Virus record (IMG/VR): IMGVR_UViG_3300021960_000038
Source of the DNA: an uncultured virus (IMG/VR IMGVR_UViG_3300021960_000038)
Taxonomy: Duplodnaviria > Heunggongvirae > Uroviricota > Caudoviricetes
Direction: 5' to 3' (one strand)
Length of the DNA: 64,000 nt
The notes under the pieces are model-generated. The model did no database searches, was not told the DNA's origin, and worked only from the letters and a program-made list of their open reading frames with translations. Positions 54,379 to 63,246 of the stretch are shown in pieces. Each line of letters starts with the position of its first letter. Position 1 is the first letter of the stretch. The position numbers and the translations under genes are program-made.

Positions 54379-55045
54379 TGATCAATTGTTGCTCTGATGC
54401 ATCACTATCAAATTCATGGAGTATAGAACCTTGTCCATCCCACATGGTTATCTTAGTTGATGTTGGATTACCTTCTTCATCTACTTGGTTTTTCATTTCT
54501 ACAAATGCTTTGTTCTTTTGTAATGTGTTAGCAAGATCTTCGTCACCTTGAATCAGTAGAGTGTTTTTGATTACACGATAGATTTCTTTTTCTTGAGAAG
54601 TGTAAAGCATTTTGGGCATATCCTCGTCTCTACAGTTCCATGTGATTATAGCATAGGGAATACCAGTCTTAGGAACTATATGTTGCCATAAGATTTCATC
54701 ACCCAACTTCCAGTCTACTAATGCAAATAATTCATCTCTATTGAAAGCATATGTAACATAATCATCACTAGATGCTTGTCCTTTGATTTTAGATTGCCAC
54801 ATTCTTTCACATACCCACCATGTGTTGGTTGTAGGTGATAAAACATTTTGCCAATTTTCATCAATGTAAAATCTAACTTCTTTCTTAGACTTTACATAAA
54901 CAAACCAACCAAAAGGTGCTTCTGAACTTTTGGCTCCCATCTTGACTGCTAGTTCGCATGGAGTGCTTAAGTTTACTTTTTGATCTGCGTGAGAATATAA
55001 TCTACTTGACCAATATGTAATTCCTTCTCTAGATATTTTTGCCAT
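54356..55045 (-). CDS. Hypothetical protein
   Basis: TAATG coupling upstream; overlaps the sulfotransferase start. Confidence 0.6.
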   Translation of the reverse strand: MAKISREGITYWSSRLYSHADQKVNLSTPCELAVKMGAKSSEAPFGWFVYVKSKKEVRFYIDENWQNVLSPTTNTWWVCERMWQSKIKGQASSDDYVTYAFNRDELFALVDWKLGDEILWQHIVPKTGIPYAIITWNCRDEDMPKMLYTSQEKEIYRVIKNTLLIQGDEDLANTLQKNKAFVEMKNQVDEEGNPTSTKITMWDGQGSILHEFDSDASEQQLINVQPVEL

Positions 55046-55965
55046 TATTCTTTAATGTATGTTGCTTCTGTCCATTCAGATTCGGTAGTAGATTCTACTG
55101 AACCTGATGCTTCTAATTCTTTGACCATTTTCTTTGCTTGTTTATCAAAAGATTTGATCATGTTTGCTTTTGTATCTTTAACATTCACTTCTAGACCCAA
55201 TCCTGTTGCTACTTCTTCTATCGTTTTTTTAGTCATAGCATTCAGTTCTTTCTTATCTGGTATCACCAAAGTATCACCTTGTTCTTCTAGAGTATCTTCA
55301 AACTCTTTTTTAAGATCCTCTTTCTCTTGCTCTGCCTTTTTCTCAGTTGCTTTCATCAATTCTTCTAGATCGATTGGAGTTTCTGGTAAGTCCCCTTCTA
55401 CTTCTATTTCTACTGGAGGTATGGGTGCTATCTCTGGTTCAATAGGTGGTACATAGTCGCTCATCACATTGGCAGCATCTTCTACTGCTGATGGTCTAGT
55501 TTCTATTACATCACCTGCTACAAACTCATCTGCTGTATCTCTAAGCATTTGTGCCATCTTAATTGCTCTAGATGGTTTTTTAGGTGCATCTTGATTAACA
55601 ACAGGTGTACTCATTTTAACTGCTTTTGGCATTTCCTCTCCTACCACTGGTGCTGGTGCTCCAGACAATTGTGCCTGTAGTTGAGCAACTCTTTGCTGAA
55701 GTTCTTTTCTTTGTTGTCTTTCATTAGCAAGTGCATTTTCTGTAGAAGTTTCTTTGATTGCTTCTTGTTCTGCCATTTGCTTAGCAGTTTCTTGCTGTTG
55801 TTTGATTCGTTCTTCTGTTTGGTATCTTGCTTCTGCTTCGCAGACATCGCGAAGTCTAGCAATGGGGGACAACTCGTTGCCTCTTAGTCCTCCTCTTGTA
55901 CAGACGACATCGACTAGGTTTACAACTGCAGTTAAATCTTCAATTGTTATATATTGGGTTTGCAT
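55045..55965 (-). CDS. Hypothetical protein: coiled coil, acidic/Pro linker, HeH-like C-terminus
   Basis: GGAG RBS; ELNAMTKKTIEEVATGLGLEV...TKANMI. Confidence 0.7.
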   Translation of the reverse strand: MQTQYITIEDLTAVVNLVDVVCTRGGLRGNELSPIARLRDVCEAEARYQTEERIKQQQETAKQMAEQEAIKETSTENALANERQQRKELQQRVAQLQAQLSGAPAPVVGEEMPKAVKMSTPVVNQDAPKKPSRAIKMAQMLRDTADEFVAGDVIETRPSAVEDAANVMSDYVPPIEPEIAPIPPVEIEVEGDLPETPIDLEELMKATEKKAEQEKEDLKKEFEDTLEEQGDTLVIPDKKELNAMTKKTIEEVATGLGLEVNVKDTKANMIKSFDKQAKKMVKELEASGSVESTTESEWTEATYIKE

Positions 55966-56055
55966 TATTTACTCCATAATTTAAAAAATAAGGTCTTCGA
56001 CTAGCATAGTGACATGATGTTCTAAACAATTATCAAAAGTATGTCTAGCAGAATT

Positions 56056-56063
56056 TATTTATA
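56056..56063 (-). promoter_or_regulatory. T4-type late promoter inside an inverted repeat
   Basis: Exact TATAAATA between arms 55989-55998 and 56072-56081. Confidence 0.7.
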
Positions 56064-56105
56064 GTCTTTTTGAAGACCTTACTAAACGAACTCATCTCAT
56101 ACTTT

Positions 56106-56279
56106 TTATCTCAACAATTCTGATAGTTCGTTTAAATCCTCTATCAACTTATAACGACTTCTCCTAAGTTTTGCAAGTTTGGTATTCGCTGTCCTTTTAT
56201 GCCTAATCTTTCGATTGATAGCATGAATAGTTCTATCAACCTTATGTGTAGGTCTGGACAACACTTTACTATGATACAC
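56106..56279 (-). CDS. Small basic protein, 57 aa (not in ORF track)
   Basis: GTG start after AAAGGAGGTGATCC; MYHSKVLSRPTHKVDRTIHAINRKIRHKRTANTKLAKLRRSRYKLIEDLNELSELLR*. Confidence 0.65.
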   Translation of the reverse strand: MYHSKVLSRPTHKVDRTIHAINRKIRHKRTANTKLAKLRRSRYKLIEDLNELSELLR

Positions 56280-56320
56280 GGATCACCTCCTTTATAGTTG
56301 GTTCTCCTATCCGTCGTCTG

Positions 56321-56611
56321 TTATAGTCGAGAGATTGTACTCACACCAGTCGTTCTATCTTCTTGCTTTTCAACAGGTATCTCTACATCGTCAAAATGCC
56401 AATCACAGGTCCATGTTATTCTATCACCTGTACTCTTCCACTGACTGTTTGTATGATCATACAAAAACTCAACTAGTGAATTTATTAGAGGATCATACAG
56501 TTTTAGTAACCCAGCAATCGGGTCAAAGTGTCGGAGTTCTCCAACACCTACAGATCCATCTCTATCATATTGGATGAATCTATCATCTCCTGTTAATCCT
56601 AACTTATTCAT
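56321..56611 (-). CDS. Hypothetical protein
   Basis: Clean ORF downstream of the rnh operon. Confidence 0.6.
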   Translation of the reverse strand: MNKLGLTGDDRFIQYDRDGSVGVGELRHFDPIAGLLKLYDPLINSLVEFLYDHTNSQWKSTGDRITWTCDWHFDDVEIPVEKQEDRTTGVSTISRL

Positions 56612-56620
56612 ATAGAATAT

Positions 56621-57241
56621 TTAGTTAGAAATAAGGTCTGGGAATGCTTTTTGTACTAAATTTTTTGTTAAATTTTTGAAGGCAACTAACTTCTTATCTT
56701 TTACTTGATCCATAAGTGATGCTTCTTCAGTTGGAATCTTTTCTAACATTTCTATCCACATATGTTCTCTCTTTGTCTGCTGTACATCAGATGCACTTTC
56801 TACAAAGTATTTGAACATTTTGAATTCATGCCTTAAAGATGACTCTGTTAGATCAGGTCCAGGAGCAGAATTCCTAGTAAAAGGTGTTTTGCCATCTGGT
56901 AGTTTAGATACGATAACATTATCGAACTGCCACTTGAGAACAGGTCTCAATGCACCATTCTTATCTGCCCAATACCTAAGACCCTTAATTCTAGTGTCCT
57001 CATCTTCTGCTTGTTCAACTGCAACTAATATCTCAAAGACATTGGCAGTTGGTAACAGTCTTATCTTCTCTTTAGGTATAGCAGCAAGAACAGGATCTGG
57101 TACTTGTTTAACTGTACCTGTATCTTTTGCTTCAACAGGTTGTACTGTTTGCAACTTTTCTTCCTTCGCCATATTTTGTAAGGTCTTTTTGTTTAAGGAT
57201 CCTGGTGGACGACCTCTACCTCTTTTCACTTTCTCAGCCAT
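56621..57241 (-). CDS. Conserved phage protein with an N-terminal AT-hook
   Basis: KRGRGRPPGS AT-hook; LP.G..P...L..E...KRE...I..LE...EA.L...KDK.L...V..AFP; GGAG RBS. Confidence 0.75.
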   Translation of the reverse strand: MAEKVKRGRGRPPGSLNKKTLQNMAKEEKLQTVQPVEAKDTGTVKQVPDPVLAAIPKEKIRLLPTANVFEILVAVEQAEDEDTRIKGLRYWADKNGALRPVLKWQFDNVIVSKLPDGKTPFTRNSAPGPDLTESSLRHEFKMFKYFVESASDVQQTKREHMWIEMLEKIPTEEASLMDQVKDKKLVAFKNLTKNLVQKAFPDLISN

Positions 57242-57245
57242 TTTT

Positions 57246-58082
57246 CTAAAAATCTCCAATAGCATTTAATAATTCCTTTAAGGAGTGCTTCATCATATAT
57301 GGTAATAACTTCCCAGAAGGAGGTTCCGATTCATCAAATGCTTTTAGTATTCTCAGATTCACTTCTTCAGGTATCTCATCTAGATCGATAAGAGTTTTGT
57401 TCCTTACATAATTACGATAATAGTTGTCGTATTTGTCGACTCCATTTATATACTTATTTAGTGTTGATCTTCTCATAGGTTTTTGCCTATCACCATCAAC
57501 AATAACATCATCACCTGACAGGATATTTGGTATCCCATCACCTTTGTCACCTCTTAGGATATGCTCAGCGAGAAACTCCTCAGCATTATCAGGTGAAACA
57601 AACTTACTTAAATTCGGGGAGTACTGCTTAACATAATCATACTTCTGTAATTGCTGAAAGTCTTTATCGCCAGATACAATGAGAACTTTCTCTTTGCTAT
57701 CTTTAGTGAGTACTCCGATGATATCATCTGCTTCCGCACCCTCTACTCGTAAGAATCGATAAGGTAGATTATTTTCTATCTCATCTCGTATCTTATTTAG
57801 CATACCAAAGATAACATCCCAATCTATATCAGATTCTTCACGATGCTTCTTACGATTTGCCTTGTAGTTGGGAAAGTATTCTCTTCGCCAATACTTTCTA
57901 TCATCAGCACATAAGACTATGTCGCCATACTCATTCTTAAACTTCTTAGCATAACTTCTAATGGTATTAAGCACCATGTGTCGTAGCAAGTCTTCAGATA
58001 TCTCATCACCTTTTAAGCGATTCATCTTCACTTGTACCATTACCCCAGCAATCATTGTCTGGGTTAAATCTACCAAAATCAT
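57246..58082 (-). CDS. rnh: T4-type RNase H / 5'-3' exonuclease
   Basis: MILVD, YWRR.YFP.YK..RK, EADDIIG, SGDKDF.QL, GDKGDGIPN. Confidence 0.95.
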   Translation of the reverse strand: MILVDLTQTMIAGVMVQVKMNRLKGDEISEDLLRHMVLNTIRSYAKKFKNEYGDIVLCADDRKYWRREYFPNYKANRKKHREESDIDWDVIFGMLNKIRDEIENNLPYRFLRVEGAEADDIIGVLTKDSKEKVLIVSGDKDFQQLQKYDYVKQYSPNLSKFVSPDNAEEFLAEHILRGDKGDGIPNILSGDDVIVDGDRQKPMRRSTLNKYINGVDKYDNYYRNYVRNKTLIDLDEIPEEVNLRILKAFDESEPPSGKLLPYMMKHSLKELLNAIGDF

Positions 58083-59185
58083 TTATCTACCCTTAATAAG
58101 ATACAATGCTCATTAATGCGACCATTTGCATTCTTTTCTGTTGAGTTAATTTCGTCCATTAACTTTCTTAAAACTAATTTTCCACCCTCTAAGCATTTCT
58201 TAATATACTTGGCAGGACTTCTACCAATACTCTTTTGCTTAGCACTGTTCGGTCCATATCCATATATGGTAGTACCTCTTACATCTAACTTGCCACGATA
58301 CACTTGTAGCACTTTGCTCTTGGTATTATAAACCCATAATTCACTAGCACCTATGATTGTTGCAGGATTAATACTGCTAATCTTAAGGTTTCTATCATCT
58401 TGCTTGAATTTGAGTCGTTTAACTTTAGTGGTAGCATCAACCAATTTAGATTTTCTCATACGAGGTTTGAATTGTTGCTTTTTATTGTTTGCCCATCTTT
58501 CGGCATCATCTATAATGTTTCTTAAGAAACCCACGAACTTTCTTCTACCACTCAAACCCATATAGGCATAACCCTCTTTGAGTTGTTCATCTTCTTCTTC
58601 GTTCTTAACCTCAATGGCAAGTTCCCTATAATGAGGTGCAATCAATGCAGCCATCTTGGCATTTAGATCATGCTTCTCGCACCATTCGTACATATTGAAC
58701 TCTGATGTAAAATCATTATCTATAAACTCATCAATCTCATGCTCGACTTCACCTAACATCTCATAGAGTTTATCTTCCATTAATTGCTGTATGCTTTTCT
58801 TTGGTTTCTTGTTATAGGTTTTGGGTTCGGTGGGTTTACCTTTTCTTTGCTGTAATTCTCGAATCCGAGTATCTAACCATGATTCTAAATTTCCACCCAA
58901 TACTGCTTTGTGTACCTTTTGCCTTGCTATTCCTGTCAAAGATGCAGTAAAGAAACTATTCGGGATACCTAAGAAAGAACTGTAGAAGTCCTTATCGTAG
59001 TTTTCCTTTACATATTCATTCAACCATCTAGCACGAGTGGTGTTATCCGTCATGATAGCATACCAATTGAGAACAGGTCCCAATTCTTTGACATTATCTT
59101 GTAAGTGAGTTAGGATTGGCTCTGGTCCATAATGAATAGAGTTTAAATCCTTGTTTGATCTTTTAAGTTTTTTCTTCATTTTCAA
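58079..59185 (-). CDS. Conserved T4-like-phage hypothetical protein
   Basis: DEQL.EGY; SINP..IIGA.ELWVYNTK; V.GTTI; NGRINE..ILL; follows an early promoter. Confidence 0.8.
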   Translation of the reverse strand: MKMKKKLKRSNKDLNSIHYGPEPILTHLQDNVKELGPVLNWYAIMTDNTTRARWLNEYVKENYDKDFYSSFLGIPNSFFTASLTGIARQKVHKAVLGGNLESWLDTRIRELQQRKGKPTEPKTYNKKPKKSIQQLMEDKLYEMLGEVEHEIDEFIDNDFTSEFNMYEWCEKHDLNAKMAALIAPHYRELAIEVKNEEEDEQLKEGYAYMGLSGRRKFVGFLRNIIDDAERWANNKKQQFKPRMRKSKLVDATTKVKRLKFKQDDRNLKISSINPATIIGASELWVYNTKSKVLQVYRGKLDVRGTTIYGYGPNSAKQKSIGRSPAKYIKKCLEGGKLVLRKLMDEINSTEKNANGRINEHCILLRVDK

Positions 59186-59216
59186 ATTATATAAAAAAAC
59201 GATGGGTGTCGTATAG
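59186..59216 (-). promoter_or_regulatory. Repeated early-type promoter, copy 3
   Basis: CTATACGACACCCATCGTTTTTTTATATAAT; -10 TATAAT. Confidence 0.75.
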
Positions 59217-59615
59217 TTATTTCCAAAATTGCTGAAACAATTGATCCTCTAATTTGTATGCTTCTTTTTCCCAAGGTTGAGAGAAATGAACTTCATCACC
59301 CTTCCACTTTCTAAGATAAGGATGAAGTTCTCCCCTAAAAAATTGTTTGGCATGAACTAATTCGTGAGCAAGATTAATCATCATTTCTTCTAGAGTCAAT
59401 TTTTCTGTAGTGTTCTTTGCTAATTCTATTTCTGCTGTATGCCTATCACCATAGCATAGACCACAAAAGATTGAGTCTTCATACTTAACCTTTTTGACTA
59501 TATCTATAACAATCAAACCTTTTCTTTTGCGTGGCATCAGATAAGTAATAATACTTCTGGCATAATCTTCTATGCGATCTTTTTGTTTATGTCCAGATAC
59601 TATAATGTCAATCAT
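59217..59615 (-). CDS. Zincin-like metallopeptidase
   Basis: LAHELVHAKQ...PWEKEAY. Confidence 0.8.
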   Translation of the reverse strand: MIDIIVSGHKQKDRIEDYARSIITYLMPRKRKGLIVIDIVKKVKYEDSIFCGLCYGDRHTAEIELAKNTTEKLTLEEMMINLAHELVHAKQFFRGELHPYLRKWKGDEVHFSQPWEKEAYKLEDQLFQQFWK

Positions 59616-59817
59616 CTAATGTGGGTGATAAACCAGAAACCCATTTCTGAGCAATCGCACGAGCATCATCTAACGATTTATAACTTATATATGCTTCATA
59701 ACCTTTATCAGTAAGCATTTGCACTTTATAGTCATGACTCTTCTCAGTGATAATTGCTCTCTTATCACCAATCCAGTATTCATAGATTGGGATTTCAGTT
59801 TCTAGTTTCTTAATCAT
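59608..59817 (-). CDS. Hypothetical protein
   Basis: Overlapping ORF in the operon. Confidence 0.55.
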   Translation of the reverse strand: MIKKLETEIPIYEYWIGDKRAIITEKSHDYKVQMLTDKGYEAYISYKSLDDARAIAQKWVSGLSPTLDD

Positions 59818-59820
59818 GAT

Positions 59821-60075
59821 CTATTCGTCGACTTCGGGAAAGTAGTTGTCTGTCTTTTCATTATATCCATAATATCCTACACTATTGGGGTTGCTTTCGT
59901 CAACAGGTGATTTAGCATCGCACCAATTACAATCTTCTCCCATTAGAGTATCAGTCGGTCCACTATCGGGACAATTGTGAAACCAAAACTCGTAATTCTT
60001 ATCTTCTTTTTTCACAAAGCATTCACATTCTGCTCTGGTGTTACCACACTTTGGGCATTCTAACATTAAATACAT
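59821..60075 (-). CDS. Cys-rich hypothetical protein
   Basis: CPKC..CEC, HNC, CNWC; AAGGA RBS. Confidence 0.6.
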   Translation of the reverse strand: MYLMLECPKCGNTRAECECFVKKEDKNYEFWFHNCPDSGPTDTLMGEDCNWCDAKSPVDESNPNSVGYYGYNEKTDNYFPEVDE

Positions 60076-60101
60076 TCCTTCTTCCTAGATATCACTTCTA
60101 T

Positions 60102-60755
60102 TTATAACTCAAAATAAAAGGCATGATTTCCGATGGTTCCCATAGGTTTCATATCCTTACACCATGTGGGTTTAACCCCAATAGAATGATAGTGTGTAGC
60201 ACCAAAAGTTATATCCACACCTTTAATGTTAGTCAAAAGCATATGAGCAAGCATCACAGAAGTTGCCCATGCTTCGTAATCTTTGGGTTCGTCTGATTTG
60301 CCATCACAATACCAACTAAAATGACAAGCATGCCTAGTGGGAACTTGTTCATCTCGCCAATTGGTTCTATGCTTTCCTTGAAAAACAACAGCACATACTT
60401 CATTGGGAAAACGATTAGATGCCACTCTATTCATGGTCACATTACCGACTGCTGTCATGCCTTCTAAAGTTTCACCTCTTGCTTCATGATACATGTTAAG
60501 TGCTAAGCAATACACATCATCTGATAAGTTATAATAGGAATCGGTTATTCCTATCATTAGATCTACCTTGTCTCCGATAATCTCTATCTCTTCAGAATAC
60601 ATGTCTTGCCTTAGTTGTAATTCTTCTAAGTATATTTCAACTTGATAGATTTCTCTAGCATTGAACAATCCTAGTATAATAAGCAAACCTGAGAGGGCAT
60701 ATGATATCTTTGCCCAAACAGGTACTTTCGCGAATTCAAATTTACCTTGTTTCAT
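60102..60755 (-). CDS. Cell-wall hydrolase, SleB/Hydrolase_2 family, membrane-anchored
   Basis: CLALNMYHEARGE, V.MNRV...FP..VC.VV.Q, FSWYCDGK, GATHYH, IGNH.FY. Confidence 0.92.
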   Translation of the reverse strand: MKQGKFEFAKVPVWAKISYALSGLLIILGLFNAREIYQVEIYLEELQLRQDMYSEEIEIIGDKVDLMIGITDSYYNLSDDVYCLALNMYHEARGETLEGMTAVGNVTMNRVASNRFPNEVCAVVFQGKHRTNWRDEQVPTRHACHFSWYCDGKSDEPKDYEAWATSVMLAHMLLTNIKGVDITFGATHYHSIGVKPTWCKDMKPMGTIGNHAFYFEL

Positions 60756-60934
60756 TTGTCGAACTCCTTGTTGATTGAATGACCTTTTTCATAGTCACCC
60801 TGTTTAAATGCTTTCTTTCTTTCTCTTCTGAGTGTTGTTGTTCTGTCATCTGGATCAAAGAAAAACATCCATGCTATAATCCATGCGATGAACAATACGA
60901 TCATTGTTATTGCTAATTCTACATTCATATTCAT
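60752..60934 (-). CDS. Small membrane protein
   Basis: N-terminal hydrophobic helix; ATGA overlap. Confidence 0.55.
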   Translation of the reverse strand: MNMNVELAITMIVLFIAWIIAWMFFFDPDDRTTTLRRERKKAFKQGDYEKGHSINKEFDK

Positions 60935-60935
60935 A

Positions 60936-61250
60936 TTATCTGCCTATATGTTTGACTTCATCTTTAGGGATGACTTGGTATGCACCTTTGTTATAAGCAG
61001 GAGCAATTGTTACACCCTCAACCACTTTGGGTTCTTCTTTGGGTGTTAATGCTCCTGTCTTACCAGAATCATAAGACGCATATTGTTTCGTAGATCGTTC
61101 TTCATTATAACGATCCAACCCACTCTTTTCAACTGGATCAGATGGTTTGAAATCTGGACGATATGCTGTAGAAGGAAGAAGTTTCTTCTTCTTGCGTTTT
61201 TTACCCACCATGGAATATCGCATGGTATCTGGTCTAAAGATCATAGGCAT
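60936..61250 (-). CDS. Conserved phage hypothetical protein
   Basis: TIAPAYNKGAYQVI...IGR motif. Confidence 0.75.
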   Translation of the reverse strand: MPMIFRPDTMRYSMVGKKRKKKKLLPSTAYRPDFKPSDPVEKSGLDRYNEERSTKQYASYDSGKTGALTPKEEPKVVEGVTIAPAYNKGAYQVIPKDEVKHIGR

Positions 61251-61253
61251 AGT

Positions 61254-61427
61254 TTAAAATCCAGAAGTCCAATGTACATAAGACTCTGGGCAGTTATCTT
61301 CCCCACAACAACAAGTTTCGTCAGAAGATTTTGCTTTTACTTCTACCACTGATTCGGTATATCCTGGAGCAGTATCTCTCCACTCTCTGTCTCTTTGAAC
61401 AATATCTTTAAATTCTTGTATTGTCAT
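61254..61427 (-). CDS. Small Cys-containing protein, 57 aa (not in ORF track)
   Basis: MTIQEFKDIVQRDREW...TCCCGEDNCPESYVHWTSGF*. Confidence 0.6.
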   Translation of the reverse strand: MTIQEFKDIVQRDREWRDTAPGYTESVVEVKAKSSDETCCCGEDNCPESYVHWTSGF

Positions 61428-61429
61428 CT

Positions 61430-61540
61430 TTATACCCTGTTGTCAATTTGATCAACTAGATCGTGAATTTTAGCAAGATCTTTATCTTGCTCCTTTTGCT
61501 TATCAAGAATCTCTTGAAGCATTGCTTTTATTTCTTCCAT
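61430..61540 (-). CDS. Peptide, 36 aa (not in ORF track)
   Basis: GAGGAG RBS after the early promoter; MEEIKAMLQEILDKQKEQDKDLAKIHDLVDQIDNRV*. Confidence 0.55.
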   Translation of the reverse strand: MEEIKAMLQEILDKQKEQDKDLAKIHDLVDQIDNRV

Positions 61541-61568
61541 AAATTACTCCTCTTTTTATAGTCTTTAT

Positions 61569-61599
61569 ATCATACTAAAAAGTGGGGGGTGTCGTAAAG
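61569..61599 (-). promoter_or_regulatory. Repeated early-type promoter, copy 4
   Basis: CTTTACGACACCCCCCACTTTTTAGTATGAT. Confidence 0.75.
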
Positions 61600-61601
61600 T
61601 C

Positions 61602-62216
61602 CTAAAAGTATTCAACCCAACCTGTTGCTATAAACTTCTCGCCACTCAATGGTGGATTACCTCTATGCATATGAGTAAAATAAGCAGGGAATACGATTGC
61701 TGTTCCTGCCTTTGGTTTAAATCTGACTGACTGATGTAGGAATTCAGTTTCTCCACCTTCTTCTACATCGTTAAGAAATACTGACCATGCTAAGAATCTA
61801 TCTCTATCCTCACCTTTTGTTCCTACTATTTCGCAATGCCAAATATGATATCCTTCTCCAGGAACTGTTCTTTGCACTTTTCCTTGAAAGATTCTATAAT
61901 TTGCTTCTTTGAGTACAGGATGTTGATCAATGTAATGACCTACAATAGCACCTTCTATGTATTCTATAAATTCTTTTTGATTTTGCCAAGTGATTTTGGA
62001 TTCTTCACTTGTATAATCGTTCCAATCTAGCAATGACATAGATTCATCTTTCTTATTAGTTGATGGAGATGGATCGTATTCTGATCGCATTCTAGTTTGA
62101 CCAGCATCTTTACTAAAGTGAAATTGACTGATTAAAGAATCACACTGTTCTAGTGTTAAGGCATTCTCATAGATACCTATGTGATCTCTATATTCTATTT
62201 TACAATTTGGGTTCAT
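61602..62216 (-). CDS. 2OG-Fe(II) oxygenase
   Basis: GEGYHIWHCE; FLNDVEEGGETEF; FPA.FTH.HRGNPP...K.IATGW. Confidence 0.93.
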   Translation of the reverse strand: MNPNCKIEYRDHIGIYENALTLEQCDSLISQFHFSKDAGQTRMRSEYDPSPSTNKKDESMSLLDWNDYTSEESKITWQNQKEFIEYIEGAIVGHYIDQHPVLKEANYRIFQGKVQRTVPGEGYHIWHCEIVGTKGEDRDRFLAWSVFLNDVEEGGETEFLHQSVRFKPKAGTAIVFPAYFTHMHRGNPPLSGEKFIATGWVEYF

Positions 62217-62941
62217 GTCATTAACTCTGCGAATTCTGCCAATGCTATCTTCTCTTCTGTTGATATTTCAAAGTGTTTAGATTTTTTAGTTAGTGGCATA
62301 TATGATATTGGTTCCTCTAATTCTATATCAAGTAATTGTAAAGCAGAAGGAACATCATCTTTAAAGTCCTCATGATTTAACACTACATGATTAGGAAACT
62401 TTGCTCTTATAGATTTATCTCTATCATGGAAAACAAGAACTATGTTTACAATTTCTTTTAGTCTTTCTAGTCTTTCATCTATACTCCAAGAAAAGAATTC
62501 TTCTTTCCTTGATCCTGTAACAGGAGGAGTGGCAAAGTTTCTTTGCTTATTAATACCATAATCATGAAAGTATGTGAGACTGGATATGTAAAAACTTGTT
62601 AACAACTCGAGTTTATCTCTATCTATAAAGATTGGTATGTAATTGTTATTGTGAACAAATGTTTCTAGGAAAGGCATATGCTCGGAAAGCACATTACATG
62701 CTTCAATTTTAAAAGGTGGGAAATCTTCAGGGCAATCTTCAAAGAATGTGCCTATGCCTGTTCTGTATAATGACACACCTCTGCCATTACACCACATCAT
62801 CTCATCTATATCTAGTTTTCTATACTTAGATTCCCAAACTGATTTAAGCAGTTCTTGTAGAACTACTGATGATGTTCTTGGTTTAGCAAAAACTGCGTAT
62901 CTAGGCAACTTGATATTCTTTGTCGGCATATCTTTCCTCAT
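62213..62941 (-). CDS. Sulfotransferase-like P-loop protein
   Basis: AKPRTSS..L PAPS-like loop; IDRD.LE...S.YIS; L.HED. Confidence 0.6.
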   Translation of the reverse strand: MRKDMPTKNIKLPRYAVFAKPRTSSVVLQELLKSVWESKYRKLDIDEMMWCNGRGVSLYRTGIGTFFEDCPEDFPPFKIEACNVLSEHMPFLETFVHNNNYIPIFIDRDKLELLTSFYISSLTYFHDYGINKQRNFATPPVTGSRKEEFFSWSIDERLERLKEIVNIVLVFHDRDKSIRAKFPNHVVLNHEDFKDDVPSALQLLDIELEEPISYMPLTKKSKHFEISTEEKIALAEFAELMT

Positions 62942-62991
62942 CCCCTGTTTGTTGACACTCTATACATGTGTCATTATTCAAAGGACTAGTA

Positions 62992-62999
62992 TATTTATA
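62992..62999 (-). promoter_or_regulatory. T4-type late promoter
   Basis: Exact intergenic TATAAATA. Confidence 0.7.
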
Positions 63000-63006
63000 T
63001 CCGCAA

Positions 63007-63246
63007 TCAAGACATTCGTTTTCGTTTCTCTTTTCGGTCATGATAATCTCTCACAGCATATACTCGCAACCATGCGAATACAGTCATCATTAATGTAGTG
63101 TATGTGCCTATCCAGAAAGCACTTGTTATGTCCCAATGGTCAATAATAACCCATAAGCACAAAAGTTGCAAAGGATAATTAATAACAGTGCCAGAAAAAA
63201 CAATCCATGATGTTTCTCTGGCAACTGACCTTTCACGTGTATTCAA
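63007..63246 (-). CDS. Small two-helix membrane protein
   Basis: ET..IV.SG..INYPL...R.Y.VR; two hydrophobic stretches. Confidence 0.65.
   Translation of the reverse strand: MNTRERSVARETSWIVFSGTVINYPLQLLCLWVIIDHWDITSAFWIGTYTTLMMTVFAWLRVYAVRDYHDRKEKRKRMS

Noticed and set aside
56280..56293. 16S rRNA gene fragment
   Set aside because: Only 14 nt match and the flanks are not rRNA-like. It is better explained as an extended SD on the minus strand.
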